Of a DNA stretch of 32,000 nt, positions 10,394-20,849 are shown in pieces. Position 1 is the first letter of the stretch. Each line of letters begins with the position of its first letter. The notes under the pieces are model-generated. The model saw only the letters and a list, made by a program, of their open reading frames with translations, searched no databases and was not told where the DNA came from. The stretch comes from Opitutales bacterium (lineage in GTDB: Bacteria > Verrucomicrobiota > Verrucomicrobiia > Opitutales > Coraliomargaritaceae): positions 196,871 through 228,870 of the forward strand of contig JBMYVL010000001.1 in the NCBI GenBank assembly GCA_049606355.1, written 5' to 3'. The translations under genes and the position numbers were made by a program.

Positions 10394-12034
10394 ATGCCGA
10401 CACCTGAACTTAAAATACTTCTCGATCTTGGCTTTATTGTCATCACCGCGGCTGTATTTGCATTCATCGGCAAAGGGATCCGGATGCCCTCCCTAGTCGG
10501 CTATATTGTCGCCGGCATGGTGCTTGGGCCTGCCTTACAATGGGTGGAAATCGACCATTCGCTCGAGTTGATTTCTGAGTTGGGGATCGCCCTGCTCTTG
10601 TTTCTGGTTGGCCTGGAGCTTAGCCTTGAAAAAATTCGCAATCTGGGTCGCGTGGGGCTCATTCTCGGTAGCTTACAAGTTACACTGACTGCCTTGGGTG
10701 GCTTTGCCATCGCTCACTTACTCGGCATGAGTCCGCTGGCGGCAATCTTCATCGCGGCAACCGTAACGTTTAGCAGCACCGTCGTCGTGATCAAATTGCT
10801 CGACCAAAAAGGTGAAATGCGCCGACTGTACGCACGTATCTCGGTCGCATTGTTTCTCGCTCAAGATATCGTGGTGATTGTTGCTCTCACCCTACTGAGC
10901 GGCTTGGGCGGCGAGCACAGTTTTGCGCTCGGAACATTGCTCAAAAATTTGGCGACTGCCTTCGGAGGCATGCTCATTTTATTGCTCGTCGTTTTGATTG
11001 CCGCGCGCTTCATCCTGCCACGTCCCTTCCGCTGGGCCGCACATTCGCCTGACACCCTGTTTATTTGGGCGCTCTGCTGGTGCTTCCTCATCGTCTTGCT
11101 GGCCCATGAGTTTCATCTCTCGCTGGAAATCGGTGCCTTCCTTGCCGGCATAGCCATCGCCCAGCTGCCCATTCATGGGGATCTGCACCGCCGCCTCCAT
11201 CCGTTGATGACATTCTTCATCGCGATTTTCTTGGTCACCCTCGGCATCCAGATGGAGTTTGGGGACTTGGCCACGATCTGGCCAATCGCGCTTTGCCTGT
11301 GCGTCTTCGTCCTCGTGATCAAACCGCTGATTGTGTTCCTCATTTTGGCGCGCATGCGCTTTAGCGAGTATACCGCGTTTCAGGCTGCCGTCGCCACCGC
11401 TCAGGTGAGTGAGTTCTCGTTTATACTGCTGGCCTTAGGTGCGAGCACTGGCTTGATTGATGGCACCATCGTCTCTTTGGGAGGACTTGTCGGTATGCTG
11501 ACCATAGCCGCTTCCTCCTACATGATCATGTATAGTGAGCGCTTATATGCTGCGATACAGCCAACAGGCCTACTCAAGCGCATGGGCGCAGGGCAGCAAG
11601 AGGATGCAGAAATGCATTCGGCATGGTCGAATCACATCATCGTTGTTGGCATGAATGCCCTCGGCCGAGAGATTGTTCAGCGCTTGAACCAGCGTAAGGA
11701 ACCCGTGTTGGCGATTGATACCGACCCACGCAAACTGAAGGACTTGGAACCCGCCGGCACACTTATCGGCAACGTCGAGTATGAATCGGTTGTCGATGAA
11801 ATCGCACTCCACAAAGCACGCCTCGTCGTCTCCGCGCTACAAATTGAAGACGTGAATCACTTACTGGCCTATCGTTGCCGCCATGCAGGCGTACCCTGCG
11901 CTATCCATGCGTTCGACGTCTCGGTCGTCGAAGATTTGCTCGACCTCGGAACCGCGTATTTGCTCATGCCGGCTGTCGATGGTGTGGTTGGGCAACGAGC
12001 GGTGATGCAACAGAAAGGGGTGATCCAAACATGA
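10394..12034 (+). CDS. Kef-type (CPA2) monovalent cation:proton antiporter with C-terminal RCK/TrkA-N domain, paralogue 1
   Basis: 546 aa. About 12 hydrophobic segments of the Na+/H+-exchanger type ([22 protein letters not shown]). Cytoplasmic Rossmann-like domain ([17 protein letters not shown]...LAIDTD). Confidence 0.85.
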   Translation: MPTPELKILLDLGFIVITAAVFAFIGKGIRMPSLVGYIVAGMVLGPALQWVEIDHSLELISELGIALLLFLVGLELSLEKIRNLGRVGLILGSLQVTLTALGGFAIAHLLGMSPLAAIFIAATVTFSSTVVVIKLLDQKGEMRRLYARISVALFLAQDIVVIVALTLLSGLGGEHSFALGTLLKNLATAFGGMLILLLVVLIAARFILPRPFRWAAHSPDTLFIWALCWCFLIVLLAHEFHLSLEIGAFLAGIAIAQLPIHGDLHRRLHPLMTFFIAIFLVTLGIQMEFGDLATIWPIALCLCVFVLVIKPLIVFLILARMRFSEYTAFQAAVATAQVSEFSFILLALGASTGLIDGTIVSLGGLVGMLTIAASSYMIMYSERLYAAIQPTGLLKRMGAGQQEDAEMHSAWSNHIIVVGMNALGREIVQRLNQRKEPVLAIDTDPRKLKDLEPAGTLIGNVEYESVVDEIALHKARLVVSALQIEDVNHLLAYRCRHAGVPCAIHAFDVSVVEDLLDLGTAYLLMPAVDGVVGQRAVMQQKGVIQT

Positions 12035-13617
12035 CAGGCTACGCGATACTTCTCTTGGCTGCAGCCATCGCCTTTGGTCTGGCGAAGCTGTTGCGCCTAC
12101 CCGCGATTCCCTTACTCATGCTTTCCGGTGTTGGCCTGCGCGCACTGGCAGATTCGCTGGCCATCGAAGTCCCGCCGCGCCTCTTGCAAGAGATGATTGA
12201 GATCGGCTTGGCGGTGTTAGTCTTCACCGCAGGGGTTGACTTAAGCCCTCGGCGTATGCGGGGTCGTGCGAAACCAGTGGCGCTGGTCGCGGTCACTCAG
12301 TTTGTCTCGCTGGGTATTGCCGGAGTACTGACCGCCTTGCTCCTCGACTACTCCTTAATGACCGCGCTTTACCTCGGTTGCGCGCTCTCCGCCAGCTCGA
12401 CTCTCGTGGTCGTCCGCCACCTACAACAACGCCAACAAATGTTTGAGCCCTTCGGGCGGCTGGTACTCGGAGTATTATTGCTGCAGGATGTCTTTATTAT
12501 TCTGCTGATGGTCGCGCTGCTGAGCGTCCCCGCCGGGGCACACGCTTGTGCCCTCAGTCTCATTAAGGCACTTGGGCTTGGTAGCGTCGCGCTCGTCACC
12601 CATAAATGGCTGGTACCCTGGGTCAGTCAGCACCTCAAACTGGATGAGGAGGAACTCTTACTCGGTGCCTTGAGCTTGCTGTTTGCTTTTTCCGGCATCG
12701 CATACCTGCTGGGGCTGCCCTTCCTCGTCGGTGCCTTCCTCGCCGGCTTCGCGCTATCCGCCTTCCCCATGAACGGCCTGGTGCGCGGGATGCTCGGCTC
12801 GCTCTCGGGCTTCTTCCTTGCCCTCTTTTTTATCAGTGTGGGTGCCGTGCTGACCATGCCCAGCGCGCAATTACTCGGGCATAGCCTCATTTTCGTTTTC
12901 GTGCTCATTGTGGTCACTGTGGTTTTAGTCGCAATCGTCGCGGAATGGGTTGGCTACTCGACCCGTGCTGCCGTCGAAGCCGGCATCCTCCTTTCGCAAA
13001 CCAGTGAGTTTTCCATTTTGCTAGCGTTTGCCGGCATGAGCACCGGACAAATTACCGCAGAGCTGTTCTCTATCATCACCCTGATTACCGTCGGAACGAT
13101 GACCCTCACTCCCTTCATGTCGCGCAGTACGGTGGCATGGAATCTAATGCGCCTGCATCCACGCTATCGACGCGGGGAACACTCCGGTGAGCACTTTGAA
13201 AATCATGCGGTCCTGCTTGGCTACGGCCGGGCGGGTCGGCAGACCGTGCAAGTCTTACAGGAGCATGGCATTGAATTAATCGTCATCGACGACGACGCCA
13301 GTGTGATTCACCAACTCATTCAACGCGGCATCCCCTGCATACAAGGTGATGGTTCCGACCAACGGGTGCTCTCCCGCGCCCGCGCGCAACACGCACGCGT
13401 GGTGCTGTGCTCGATGCGCCGCAGCCAGGATGCGCTGCTGGCACTGGACTTCCTGCGCGACACACCGGTACATGTGGTGGTACGCACCTTCGAGCCCGAC
13501 GAAGCCGAACGAGTCCGTGCCGCAGGCGGCTTTCCTGTAGAAACCGCACCTGCCGCGGCCAAGAGTTTCATCGGCTGGCTAGAGGCCAACCAATTGGTCC
13601 GTGATGCAGCGAAATAA
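12031..13617 (+). CDS. Kef-type (CPA2) monovalent cation:proton antiporter with C-terminal RCK/TrkA-N domain, paralogue 2
   Basis: Start set at ATG 12031 ([17 protein letters not shown]), which overlaps the upstream stop as ATGA. Same architecture as paralogue 1. Canonical GxGxxG ([10 protein letters not shown]) followed by IVIDDD. Confidence 0.85.
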   Translation: MTGYAILLLAAAIAFGLAKLLRLPAIPLLMLSGVGLRALADSLAIEVPPRLLQEMIEIGLAVLVFTAGVDLSPRRMRGRAKPVALVAVTQFVSLGIAGVLTALLLDYSLMTALYLGCALSASSTLVVVRHLQQRQQMFEPFGRLVLGVLLLQDVFIILLMVALLSVPAGAHACALSLIKALGLGSVALVTHKWLVPWVSQHLKLDEEELLLGALSLLFAFSGIAYLLGLPFLVGAFLAGFALSAFPMNGLVRGMLGSLSGFFLALFFISVGAVLTMPSAQLLGHSLIFVFVLIVVTVVLVAIVAEWVGYSTRAAVEAGILLSQTSEFSILLAFAGMSTGQITAELFSIITLITVGTMTLTPFMSRSTVAWNLMRLHPRYRRGEHSGEHFENHAVLLGYGRAGRQTVQVLQEHGIELIVIDDDASVIHQLIQRGIPCIQGDGSDQRVLSRARAQHARVVLCSMRRSQDALLALDFLRDTPVHVVVRTFEPDEAERVRAAGGFPVETAPAAAKSFIGWLEANQLVRDAAK

Positions 13618-13637
13618 ACCGACTGCGTGTGCGTGTC

Positions 13638-14798
13638 TTAGGAAGCGTTGGCTTTCACCAACTCGTAAAACTCCGTGAATAATGGATCGGCATCATTTGG
13701 GCCCGGCGCCGCTTCCGGATGATACTGCACCGAAAAGACTGGCTTATCTTTTAAGCGCAGACCTTCCACGGTACCGTCATTTAAATTCACTTCCGTGACG
13801 ATCGCACCGCAGCTTTCCAACTCCTCCTGCGTAGACGCAAAGCCATGGTTTTGTGCCGTAATGGAAACCTTACCGGTTTCGAGATTCTTCACCGGCTGGT
13901 TGCCGCCGCGGTGGCCAAATTTTAACTTAAAGGTTTTCGCTCCCAATGCGTGTGTGATGATCTGGTGGCCCAGACAAATGCCGAAGGTTGGGTAGTCCTC
14001 AATTAACTCCTTCACGGTTTCGTGCGCATACGTCACTGCGCCGGGGTCACCGGGACCATTTGAGAGAAACACACCATCCGGATTGAATGCTTTAATTTCA
14101 GCAGCGGGTGTCGACGCTGGGAATACGTGAACATCAAAACCATGGTGCTGCAGCTTACGATAAATCGAGTACTTCGCACCGAAATCCAATGCTGCAATTT
14201 TGAAGCGTGGCTGCTCCGCCGCTTCGCCAAGAAGATCCGTACCGACGACTGTAAATGGCTTCGATTGCTTCCTTTCAGGATCCCAGGCATAGGCCTCTTT
14301 GGCAGTGACCTCTTTCACAAAGTCGACACCAACCAGACCGCCAAACTGCTTCGCACGCTCAACAGCTTCGGCATCGGTCAGGCCTTCCGTGCTGATGCAA
14401 GCATTCATGGCTCCGGCAACCCGCAACTTCTTGGTGATCGCACGGGTATCCACTCCTTCGACACCGGGAATGCCGGCCGCTTCTAAATACGCCTGTACCG
14501 ATGTGTTGCTGCGCCAATTACTGGTAACGGGACTCACTTCCCGTACGACAAAGCCTTTAACCTTAGGTCCGTCCGATTCGACATCCTCGGCATTGATGCC
14601 GTAATTGCCGATTTGCACGGCCGTCATGGTTACAATCTGAGAAAAGTAAGATGGGTCGGTCAGGATCTCCTGGTACCCAGTCATACTGGTATTGAAACAT
14701 GCCTCGCCCACACTCGTGGCCGAAGCGCCAAAAGCGCGCCCACGGAAAATAGTTCCGTCTTCGAATGCAATGATTCCTTCCCGATTCGTGTCTGCCAT
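13638..14798 (-). CDS. carA: Carbamoyl-phosphate synthase small (glutaminase) subunit
   Basis: The N-terminus [25 protein letters not shown] parallels E. coli CarA. Catalytic GICLGHQ and YHPEA motifs present. Start at 14798 preferred over the 14837 ORF start. Confidence 0.93.
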   Translation of the reverse strand: MADTNREGIIAFEDGTIFRGRAFGASATSVGEACFNTSMTGYQEILTDPSYFSQIVTMTAVQIGNYGINAEDVESDGPKVKGFVVREVSPVTSNWRSNTSVQAYLEAAGIPGVEGVDTRAITKKLRVAGAMNACISTEGLTDAEAVERAKQFGGLVGVDFVKEVTAKEAYAWDPERKQSKPFTVVGTDLLGEAAEQPRFKIAALDFGAKYSIYRKLQHHGFDVHVFPASTPAAEIKAFNPDGVFLSNGPGDPGAVTYAHETVKELIEDYPTFGICLGHQIITHALGAKTFKLKFGHRGGNQPVKNLETGKVSITAQNHGFASTQEELESCGAIVTEVNLNDGTVEGLRLKDKPVFSVQYHPEAAPGPNDADPLFTEFYELVKANAS

Positions 14799-14863
14799 CT
14801 TAGCGGAGGAGCCAAACGAGAATTTCGCGCCATGCAAATAAAATTAACGTAATACTTCGGATC

Positions 14864-15172
14864 TTAAGGCTGCCCTGGCAAAACCTCGCGCAGCTCGAGA
14901 ATGGTCGACTCGACCGCATCCAGCTCCACCCAATACAACATATCGCGGCACATTTTTTTATGTGCCACCAAGCCCGCTTGCCGCAACACCCTTAAGTGAT
15001 GAGAGGTGGCGGGCTGCGAAAGCCCGATACGCGCGGCGATTGTCGAAACATTGCAGGCATTGTCACAGCTGGGCGCAGCGGGCAGAATCTGCAGGATTTG
15101 CAAGCGCACCGGATCGCCGAGCGCCCAGAGTTGCTTGGCGAGGAGATCCAGATTGTGCGCAGTCGTTGACAT
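14864..15172 (-). CDS. ArsR/SmtB-family winged-helix transcriptional regulator
   Basis: LGDPVRLQILQIL...VSTIAARIGLSQPATSHHLRVLRQAGLV is the ArsR HTH signature. Cys pair SCDNAC lies just before the HTH, at an alpha-3-like position. Start set at MSTTAHN (15172). Confidence 0.8.
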   Translation of the reverse strand: MSTTAHNLDLLAKQLWALGDPVRLQILQILPAAPSCDNACNVSTIAARIGLSQPATSHHLRVLRQAGLVAHKKMCRDMLYWVELDAVESTILELREVLPGQP

Positions 15173-15189
15173 ATTTAAGTATTTAAATA
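15172..15189. promoter_or_regulatory. AT-rich inverted repeat TATTTAA-N4-TTAAATA in the arsR-like/kamA divergent intergenic region (candidate operator)
   Basis: Read directly: 7-nt perfect inverted arms at 15172-15178 and 15183-15189, inside a strikingly AT-rich roughly 40-nt stretch abutting the regulator start codon. Function is inferred only. Confidence 0.3.
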
Positions 15190-15240
15190 CATGATTGAAA
15201 TAATTCGGCAAGCTGTAACTCTGACTCCTCCTAACTTCGC

Positions 15241-16428
15241 ATGTATCCAAACGACGCACTCAAACACTGGCACCGCGGCCAAGGCCATTGGGCAGATGTC
15301 GCGTCGGACGATTGGCAGGACTGGAAGTGGCAACTCAAAAACCGGATCACGAAGCTGGAGCAACTGGAGCGCTACCTCGACCTAACGCCCGACGAACGCG
15401 CGGGCTGTTTATTTGCCAAAGATAAACTGGCGCTGGCGATCACGCCCTACTTCTTCAACCTGATCGACCCAAACGATCCGAACGACCCGGTGCGCCGACA
15501 AGTCGTTCCGCGAGCAGGCGAGATGCACACCGCCCCTGAAGAACGTCTCGATCCCGTCGGCGAAGAAAACACCAAACCGGTCGATGGCATTGTGCACCGC
15601 TACCCTGACCGCGTCCTCTTTCTCGTCACCGACCGCTGTGCAGCCTACTGCCGCTATTGCACCCGGAGTCGCTTGGTTTCCAACGCGCAGGATTACAACT
15701 TCCACCCGGAATTTGAGAGTGGCTTAGAGTATATTCGTACGCACCCGGAAATCCGCGATGTGCTGCTGAGTGGCGGCGATCCCTTGCTGCTCTCCGATAA
15801 GAAACTCGATTACCTACTCGGCGAACTACGCAAGATTCCCCACGTCGAATTCATTCGTATCGGCTCACGCATCCCGGTCTTCCTTCCACAACGGATCCGC
15901 TCGGAACTCTGCGAAATCTTTAAAAAGCACGGGCCGATCTGGCTCAGCATTCACGTCAATCACCCGAATGAATGTACCCATGAGCTGCGCGCTGCCTGTG
16001 AACGGCTGGCCTTCGCTGGCGTGCCGCTTGGCAACCAGTCGGTCTTACTAAAGGGAGTCAACAATGACGCCGCGGTCATGCAGTCACTGATCCATCGCTT
16101 GCTGATGATGCGCGTACGCCCCTACTACCTCTATCAATGCGATCTCATTACCGGCAGCGCTCACCTGCGGGCCGACCCGCGCGAGGGCGTTGAGCTGATT
16201 CGCGCCCTGCGCGGCCATACCAGTGGCTATGCCATCCCCCAGTTCGTCATTGATGCGCCCGGAGGGGGTGGAAAAATTCCGATCAACCCGGATTACGTCA
16301 AAGCGATCACCGACGACGCAATTGTCATGCAGAATTTTCAGGGCGAGGAATACCGCTACCCCCTCACGTCCCATTCAGCTGCACAACTCGACCCCAAAGC
16401 ACCTCCCATCGAGCCCATCTTGGCCTAG
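15241..16428 (+). CDS. kamA: Lysine 2,3-aminomutase (radical SAM, PLP-dependent)
   Basis: Near-collinear with Clostridium KamA as I recall it: DWQDWKWQLKNRI, LIDPNDPNDPVRRQ, HRYPDRVLFLVTDRCAAYCRYCTRS (CxxxCxxC), LLSGGDPLL, VRPYYLYQCDL, VIDAPGGGGK. Confidence 0.9.
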   Translation: MYPNDALKHWHRGQGHWADVASDDWQDWKWQLKNRITKLEQLERYLDLTPDERAGCLFAKDKLALAITPYFFNLIDPNDPNDPVRRQVVPRAGEMHTAPEERLDPVGEENTKPVDGIVHRYPDRVLFLVTDRCAAYCRYCTRSRLVSNAQDYNFHPEFESGLEYIRTHPEIRDVLLSGGDPLLLSDKKLDYLLGELRKIPHVEFIRIGSRIPVFLPQRIRSELCEIFKKHGPIWLSIHVNHPNECTHELRAACERLAFAGVPLGNQSVLLKGVNNDAAVMQSLIHRLLMMRVRPYYLYQCDLITGSAHLRADPREGVELIRALRGHTSGYAIPQFVIDAPGGGGKIPINPDYVKAITDDAIVMQNFQGEEYRYPLTSHSAAQLDPKAPPIEPILA

Positions 16429-16458
16429 AGGCTCTCTGCACAGCCCGCGCCGCCACAT

Positions 16459-19299
16459 CTAAGCATTTTTTAGAATCAGACGGACTGCATCCAGGCGTAA
16501 GCGGGCTTTGGCGATTGGCCGTGTCACGTCTTCGACCACTTGCTCGGCAAGGCGCACCTCTTCGACACTCACATTACGATTCACTTTCTGTAATTCCTTC
16601 AAGCGGCGCGCTTCACCATCCAAACGCGCATGTGCCTCCTGCATCGCTCGCTCCAGTAGCTTAGACTTCTCGGCACGTGCGATCTCCCGGGCAGCAGACA
16701 ACATCTGCGGTACCAAGGCCTGCAATAACTCCGGATTTTGCTGGATGCGAAACGCCTCTTCATCGCGGGTGTGTCGATCAATGTAACTTTGTGCGTACTG
16801 TTCTCGACAGTCCTCGCCACTTAAGTTGACCAATACACGCACAGGTGTGGGCGGCAGGAAACGATCCACATGCAACTGTGCCGGCGCCACACTCTCCAGC
16901 ACATAAATGGCTTCGATTAAAAGAGGTGGCGCATCCGTCTCCGCTGCCTCCCAGACGACCATCGCACTGTTACCCTGCTCCATACTGAGCATTAAATCCA
17001 TCGCGCCGCGTACCATGGGGTGGTCCCAGGTAAGGAAGCCGATGTCCTCCCGCCCAAGTGCCTTGCTGCGCTCGAAAGTAATCGTCGTTCCCTCGTCCGG
17101 CAGGCAAGGAAAAGAGTCGGTGAACAATTGCCCCGGAGACAGTCGGTAGGTCCGAGGATCGACATCATCTACCGTCACCCCGAAATGATCAAAGATACGC
17201 GCCATAAAATCGTCCAGCGATCGACTTGTATCCGATTTATGGATACTCTGAACTAACTCCTTCGCCGCGGATTCACGATATGAATTGAGCGCGATTAACT
17301 TGTCCTGCCCTTCGCTAAGTTTTGCCTCCAATTCTTGGCGAAAAGCGCGGCTCGCTTCGATCAACGCGTCCGCTTCACCTTGCCGCTCAGGATCCCCCTC
17401 ATGATACACGCGACCCAGCCGGCGAATCGCTTCGCCGAATTTCTCCAGATAGGCATTCCCGCCGCGCAGTGAATGCTCCACTGTGCCAAGCCCGTCGTGG
17501 TGCCAGCGCTTTAAGAGTTCGGTACTACTTTGCTCCAGATAAGGGATATGAATGCGAATCGTTTGTGATTGGCCGATGCGGTCGAGTCGCCCGATGCGTT
17601 GCTCCAAGAGTTCCGGGTTCAGCGGCAAATCAAAGAGCACCAAATGATGTGCGAATTGAAAGTTGCGACCCTCACTGCCAATCTCCGAGCAAATTAAAAG
17701 GCGCGCGCCTTCCGGCTCGGCAAACCAGGCAGCATTGCGATCGCGCTGCAACAAAGTCAGCCCTTCGTGAAAGACCGCTGCACTGACCGTCATCTCATCC
17801 GCTAACGCTTCATGTATCGCTAAGACCTTCGCCTTACTCTGGCAAATCAGTAAGAGTTTCTGGTCGGCGCCCAAGTCGCGCAGCAGATCGGCGAGCCATT
17901 TGATGCGCGGGCCATGCCGATAGTCGAGCGGTTCGACCCCCTCGGCAGCACCGATGTCCTGCTCAAACTCCTTGAGCAAGCGTGCTTGCAAGGCATCCCG
18001 CGCTAATGTTTTACGCGGCTGTAACTCAACGGGCAGCGCCTGCCGCTGGGGGAAGCCCTGCAGTGCTTCACGAGTATTACGGAAGATGACTCGACCCGTG
18101 CCGTGGCGATCCACCAAATCCGCCAGCATGGCTTTGCCGTCCTTTACTTGCCGCGCAAATGCTGCATCTGACAATTCCGCAAATAGCGCACGCAAAACCG
18201 ACATCTCGGTGGCATTCAGCGGCTGGGCAGCTGCGAGCTTCTCGGCCATTGCGGCGACTTTTGCATAATCTGCCTGTTCCTGCTTGAAGCTCTCTAAATC
18301 AGGATACCGCTGCGGATCCAACAAACGAAGGCGCGCAAAGTGCCCTTCCGCACCCAGTTGTTCAGGTGTGGCCGTCAACAGCAGGAGGCCCTGGCTCTTC
18401 CGCGTCAATGCCTCCACCAAGACATATTCGGGGCTAACGGCGGTAGGCGACCACTCCAAATGATGTGCCTCGTCGACCACGAGCATATCCCAGTCCGCCG
18501 CGGTGGCGTGGTCCGCCCAACGCTCATTTTCAACCAGCGTCGAGAGGCTACACAAAATCAGTTGTTCCTCGAGAAAGGGGTTCGCATCGGGCTCACCGCT
18601 CACAATTGCCTCGCAGCGCTCGGCATCAAATAAAGTAAACCACAGATTGAAGCGGCGTAGTAATTCAACAAACCATTGGTGCACCAAAGATTCGGGGAGC
18701 ACAATCAACACCCGATTCGCGCGACCCGTTAAGTGTAAGCGATGCACAATCAGGCAGGCCTCGATGGTCTTGCCCAAGCCCACCTCATCCGCAAGCAGGA
18801 CCCGCGGCAGATAGCGCTGCGCCACCTCTCCGGCGATGTATAATTGATGCGGGATCAGATCGATACGCCCGCCCATAAAACCGGCGACGGGCGACTGCCG
18901 CGCGGCGCGCTGCTGCTGCAATACCTCATGCCGGAGCGAAAACGTAGCAGACGCATCAACTTGGCCATTGATGAGACGGTCCTCGGGCTTACTAAAGCTA
19001 ATGGTGTCGGCCAACTCTGCCTCCGCAATGGCGATTGCGCCCGCGCGGTACGTCAACAAGCCATCCGCTTCGTCAATCGCTTCGATGGTGATCGACGCCC
19101 CCTGCTGCGATTGGACAAGGTCGCCGACCCGAAAAGCCACCCGCTTAATCGGCGCATTGGCCGCGGCATAAATGCGCGCTTCATTCGAAGCAGGAAACAC
19201 GAGACGCAGTTGATGCCGCGTGACTGACTCCAGCACCCCCAGCCCCAGCTCTGGCTCGGTCTCACTGATCCACCGCTGCCCGATTTTTAGATCTACCAT
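16459..19299 (-). CDS. rapA: RNA polymerase-associated SWI2/SNF2 ATPase RapA (HepA)
   Basis: The N-terminus MVDLKIGQRWISETEPELGLG parallels E. coli RapA. Helicase motifs LADEVGLGKTIEA, DEAHHLE, SEIGSEGRNFQF and QRIGRLDRIGQ are present. Start set at ATG 19299 rather than the ORF start at 19437. Confidence 0.9.
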   Translation of the reverse strand: MVDLKIGQRWISETEPELGLGVLESVTRHQLRLVFPASNEARIYAAANAPIKRVAFRVGDLVQSQQGASITIEAIDEADGLLTYRAGAIAIAEAELADTISFSKPEDRLINGQVDASATFSLRHEVLQQQRAARQSPVAGFMGGRIDLIPHQLYIAGEVAQRYLPRVLLADEVGLGKTIEACLIVHRLHLTGRANRVLIVLPESLVHQWFVELLRRFNLWFTLFDAERCEAIVSGEPDANPFLEEQLILCSLSTLVENERWADHATAADWDMLVVDEAHHLEWSPTAVSPEYVLVEALTRKSQGLLLLTATPEQLGAEGHFARLRLLDPQRYPDLESFKQEQADYAKVAAMAEKLAAAQPLNATEMSVLRALFAELSDAAFARQVKDGKAMLADLVDRHGTGRVIFRNTREALQGFPQRQALPVELQPRKTLARDALQARLLKEFEQDIGAAEGVEPLDYRHGPRIKWLADLLRDLGADQKLLLICQSKAKVLAIHEALADEMTVSAAVFHEGLTLLQRDRNAAWFAEPEGARLLICSEIGSEGRNFQFAHHLVLFDLPLNPELLEQRIGRLDRIGQSQTIRIHIPYLEQSSTELLKRWHHDGLGTVEHSLRGGNAYLEKFGEAIRRLGRVYHEGDPERQGEADALIEASRAFRQELEAKLSEGQDKLIALNSYRESAAKELVQSIHKSDTSRSLDDFMARIFDHFGVTVDDVDPRTYRLSPGQLFTDSFPCLPDEGTTITFERSKALGREDIGFLTWDHPMVRGAMDLMLSMEQGNSAMVVWEAAETDAPPLLIEAIYVLESVAPAQLHVDRFLPPTPVRVLVNLSGEDCREQYAQSYIDRHTRDEEAFRIQQNPELLQALVPQMLSAAREIARAEKSKLLERAMQEAHARLDGEARRLKELQKVNRNVSVEEVRLAEQVVEDVTRPIAKARLRLDAVRLILKNA

Positions 19300-19420
19300 G
19301 CTCGCAGCGTTTGGTAGCTCGACGATAAAGTCAAAAGGAAGCGCGCCGGAAAAGCCATGCGCCGCAAGGCCTGGAGAAATGAGTTTGCCTCTCACCATCC
19401 TGCGGCAAAACCTAGGTGTC

Positions 19421-20269
19421 ATGATGCCGCCACACACCTCTCAAACCGCTGACCTTTATATCCCGGACGCAGTCGTCCCAGCCGAGGCTTACGCGCGCTG
19501 CTCGCATTTAGGAATTGGTGCGCATCCGGATGACCTTGAGTTTATGGCCTTTCATGGGATCAGCACGTGTTACGAGGCAGCAGATCTGTGGTTCGGGGGC
19601 GTAACTTGTACCGACGGCGGCGGAAGTTCCCGAGCCGGCAAGTATGCGGAGACCAGCGATGAAGCCATGAAAACGATTCGCGCCGCGGAGCAACGCACCG
19701 CCGCCGAGATCGGCCGCTACAGTTTTGTCCATCAGCTCGGCTTCAGTAGCGCGCAGTGCAAAGCTGCAGCGCAGCGCGAGGAACTTGTCCAGCAACTCGA
19801 ACGCATCCTACTGCAAGCACAACCGGAAGTGCTCTACACGCACAACCCCGCCGATAAACATGCCACCCACATCGCAGTTTGCCAGGCTACCCTTGAGGCG
19901 GTCCGGCGCGTGCCCCCATTTTCACGCCCCAAGAAAGTCTACGGCTGTGAGGTCTGGCGCGACCTTGATTGGCTGGTCGATGCCGATAAAGTCGCGCTGG
20001 ATGTCAGTGGGCATCCGCAACTCGCGCAACAACTCAATGCCTGCTTCGATTCACAGATTGCGGGCGGCAAAAATTACGGCGAAGCCGTCATTGGGCGGCG
20101 GCGTGCCAATGCCTGCTTCCACCATGCGCACGCCATTGATGCGGTGGATCAACTGTGGTTTGCGATGGACCTGACGCCCCTATGCGAAGAGGACAGTTTG
20201 GACTTGAAGGACTTCGTCCTGAGCAAGCTTGCGAACCTGCAAGCGAACCTGAGCGACGCGCTCGGTTAG
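19421..20269 (+). CDS. PIG-L/LmbE-family N-acetylglucosaminyl deacetylase-like protein
   Basis: LGIGAHPDDLEF (the AHPDDxE zinc-binding signature) and a later HNPADKHATH His/Asp cluster. Start set at ATG 19421. The upstream part of the ORF lies in the divergent rapA promoter region. Confidence 0.75.
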   Translation: MMPPHTSQTADLYIPDAVVPAEAYARCSHLGIGAHPDDLEFMAFHGISTCYEAADLWFGGVTCTDGGGSSRAGKYAETSDEAMKTIRAAEQRTAAEIGRYSFVHQLGFSSAQCKAAAQREELVQQLERILLQAQPEVLYTHNPADKHATHIAVCQATLEAVRRVPPFSRPKKVYGCEVWRDLDWLVDADKVALDVSGHPQLAQQLNACFDSQIAGGKNYGEAVIGRRRANACFHHAHAIDAVDQLWFAMDLTPLCEEDSLDLKDFVLSKLANLQANLSDALG

Positions 20270-20344
20270 CAAGCCTGCGACGCTGCAGATAGGCGTGTGG
20301 ATACGTGGTTGAATTTCCGCCGCGAATCAGCTTCTCTGTTTGCC

Positions 20345-20848
20345 ATGGAAGCAAATGCTAACTCTCCCGCCGTCGGTATCATCATGGGTAGCCAGTCCGA
20401 TTGGGCCACCATGAGCGAAGCCGCCGCCCTGCTCACCGCACTTGAGATTCCCTTCGAAACTCAGATTGTCAGCGCGCACCGCACCCCCAAACGACTCTAC
20501 GACTATGCCGAGTCGGCCGAAGCACGCGGCCTGCAAGTGATTATCGCCGGTGCCGGTGGCGCCGCCCACTTGCCGGGTATGACGGCCGCCCTCACCCACT
20601 TGCCGGTGCTCGGGGTGCCGGTGCAATCCAAAGCGCTCAGCGGTCAGGACTCCTTGCTCTCCATTGTGCAGATGCCTGCCGGCATCCCGGTGATGACCCT
20701 CGCGATCGGCGTCGCAGGCGCCAAGAATGCAGCCCTCTCGGCTGCGTCGATACTCGCGCTGAATGATGCCGACATCCGTGAGCGGCTGAAAGCATTTCGG
20801 GCCGAACAAACGGAGACGGTCCTCCACAGTGAACTCCCGGATGCCTAA
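20345..20848 (+). CDS. purE: N5-carboxyaminoimidazole ribonucleotide mutase
   Basis: [20 protein letters not shown] and [13 protein letters not shown] motifs. Start at MEANANS (20345). Confidence 0.93.
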   Translation: MEANANSPAVGIIMGSQSDWATMSEAAALLTALEIPFETQIVSAHRTPKRLYDYAESAEARGLQVIIAGAGGAAHLPGMTAALTHLPVLGVPVQSKALSGQDSLLSIVQMPAGIPVMTLAIGVAGAKNAALSAASILALNDADIRERLKAFRAEQTETVLHSELPDA

Positions 20849-20849
20849 C

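Noticed and set aside
11875-12030. N-terminal extensions in the ORF track: kef2 from 11875, rapA to 19437, PIG-L from 19220, ruvC to 6554, truA from 6529, carA to 14837, arsR-like to 15259, lnt to 28229, HMA from 25189.
   Set aside because: The extended parts are Arg/Cys/Pro-rich and non-homologous. They overlap neighbouring genes or divergent promoters. Internal ATGs reproduce the canonical family N-termini.
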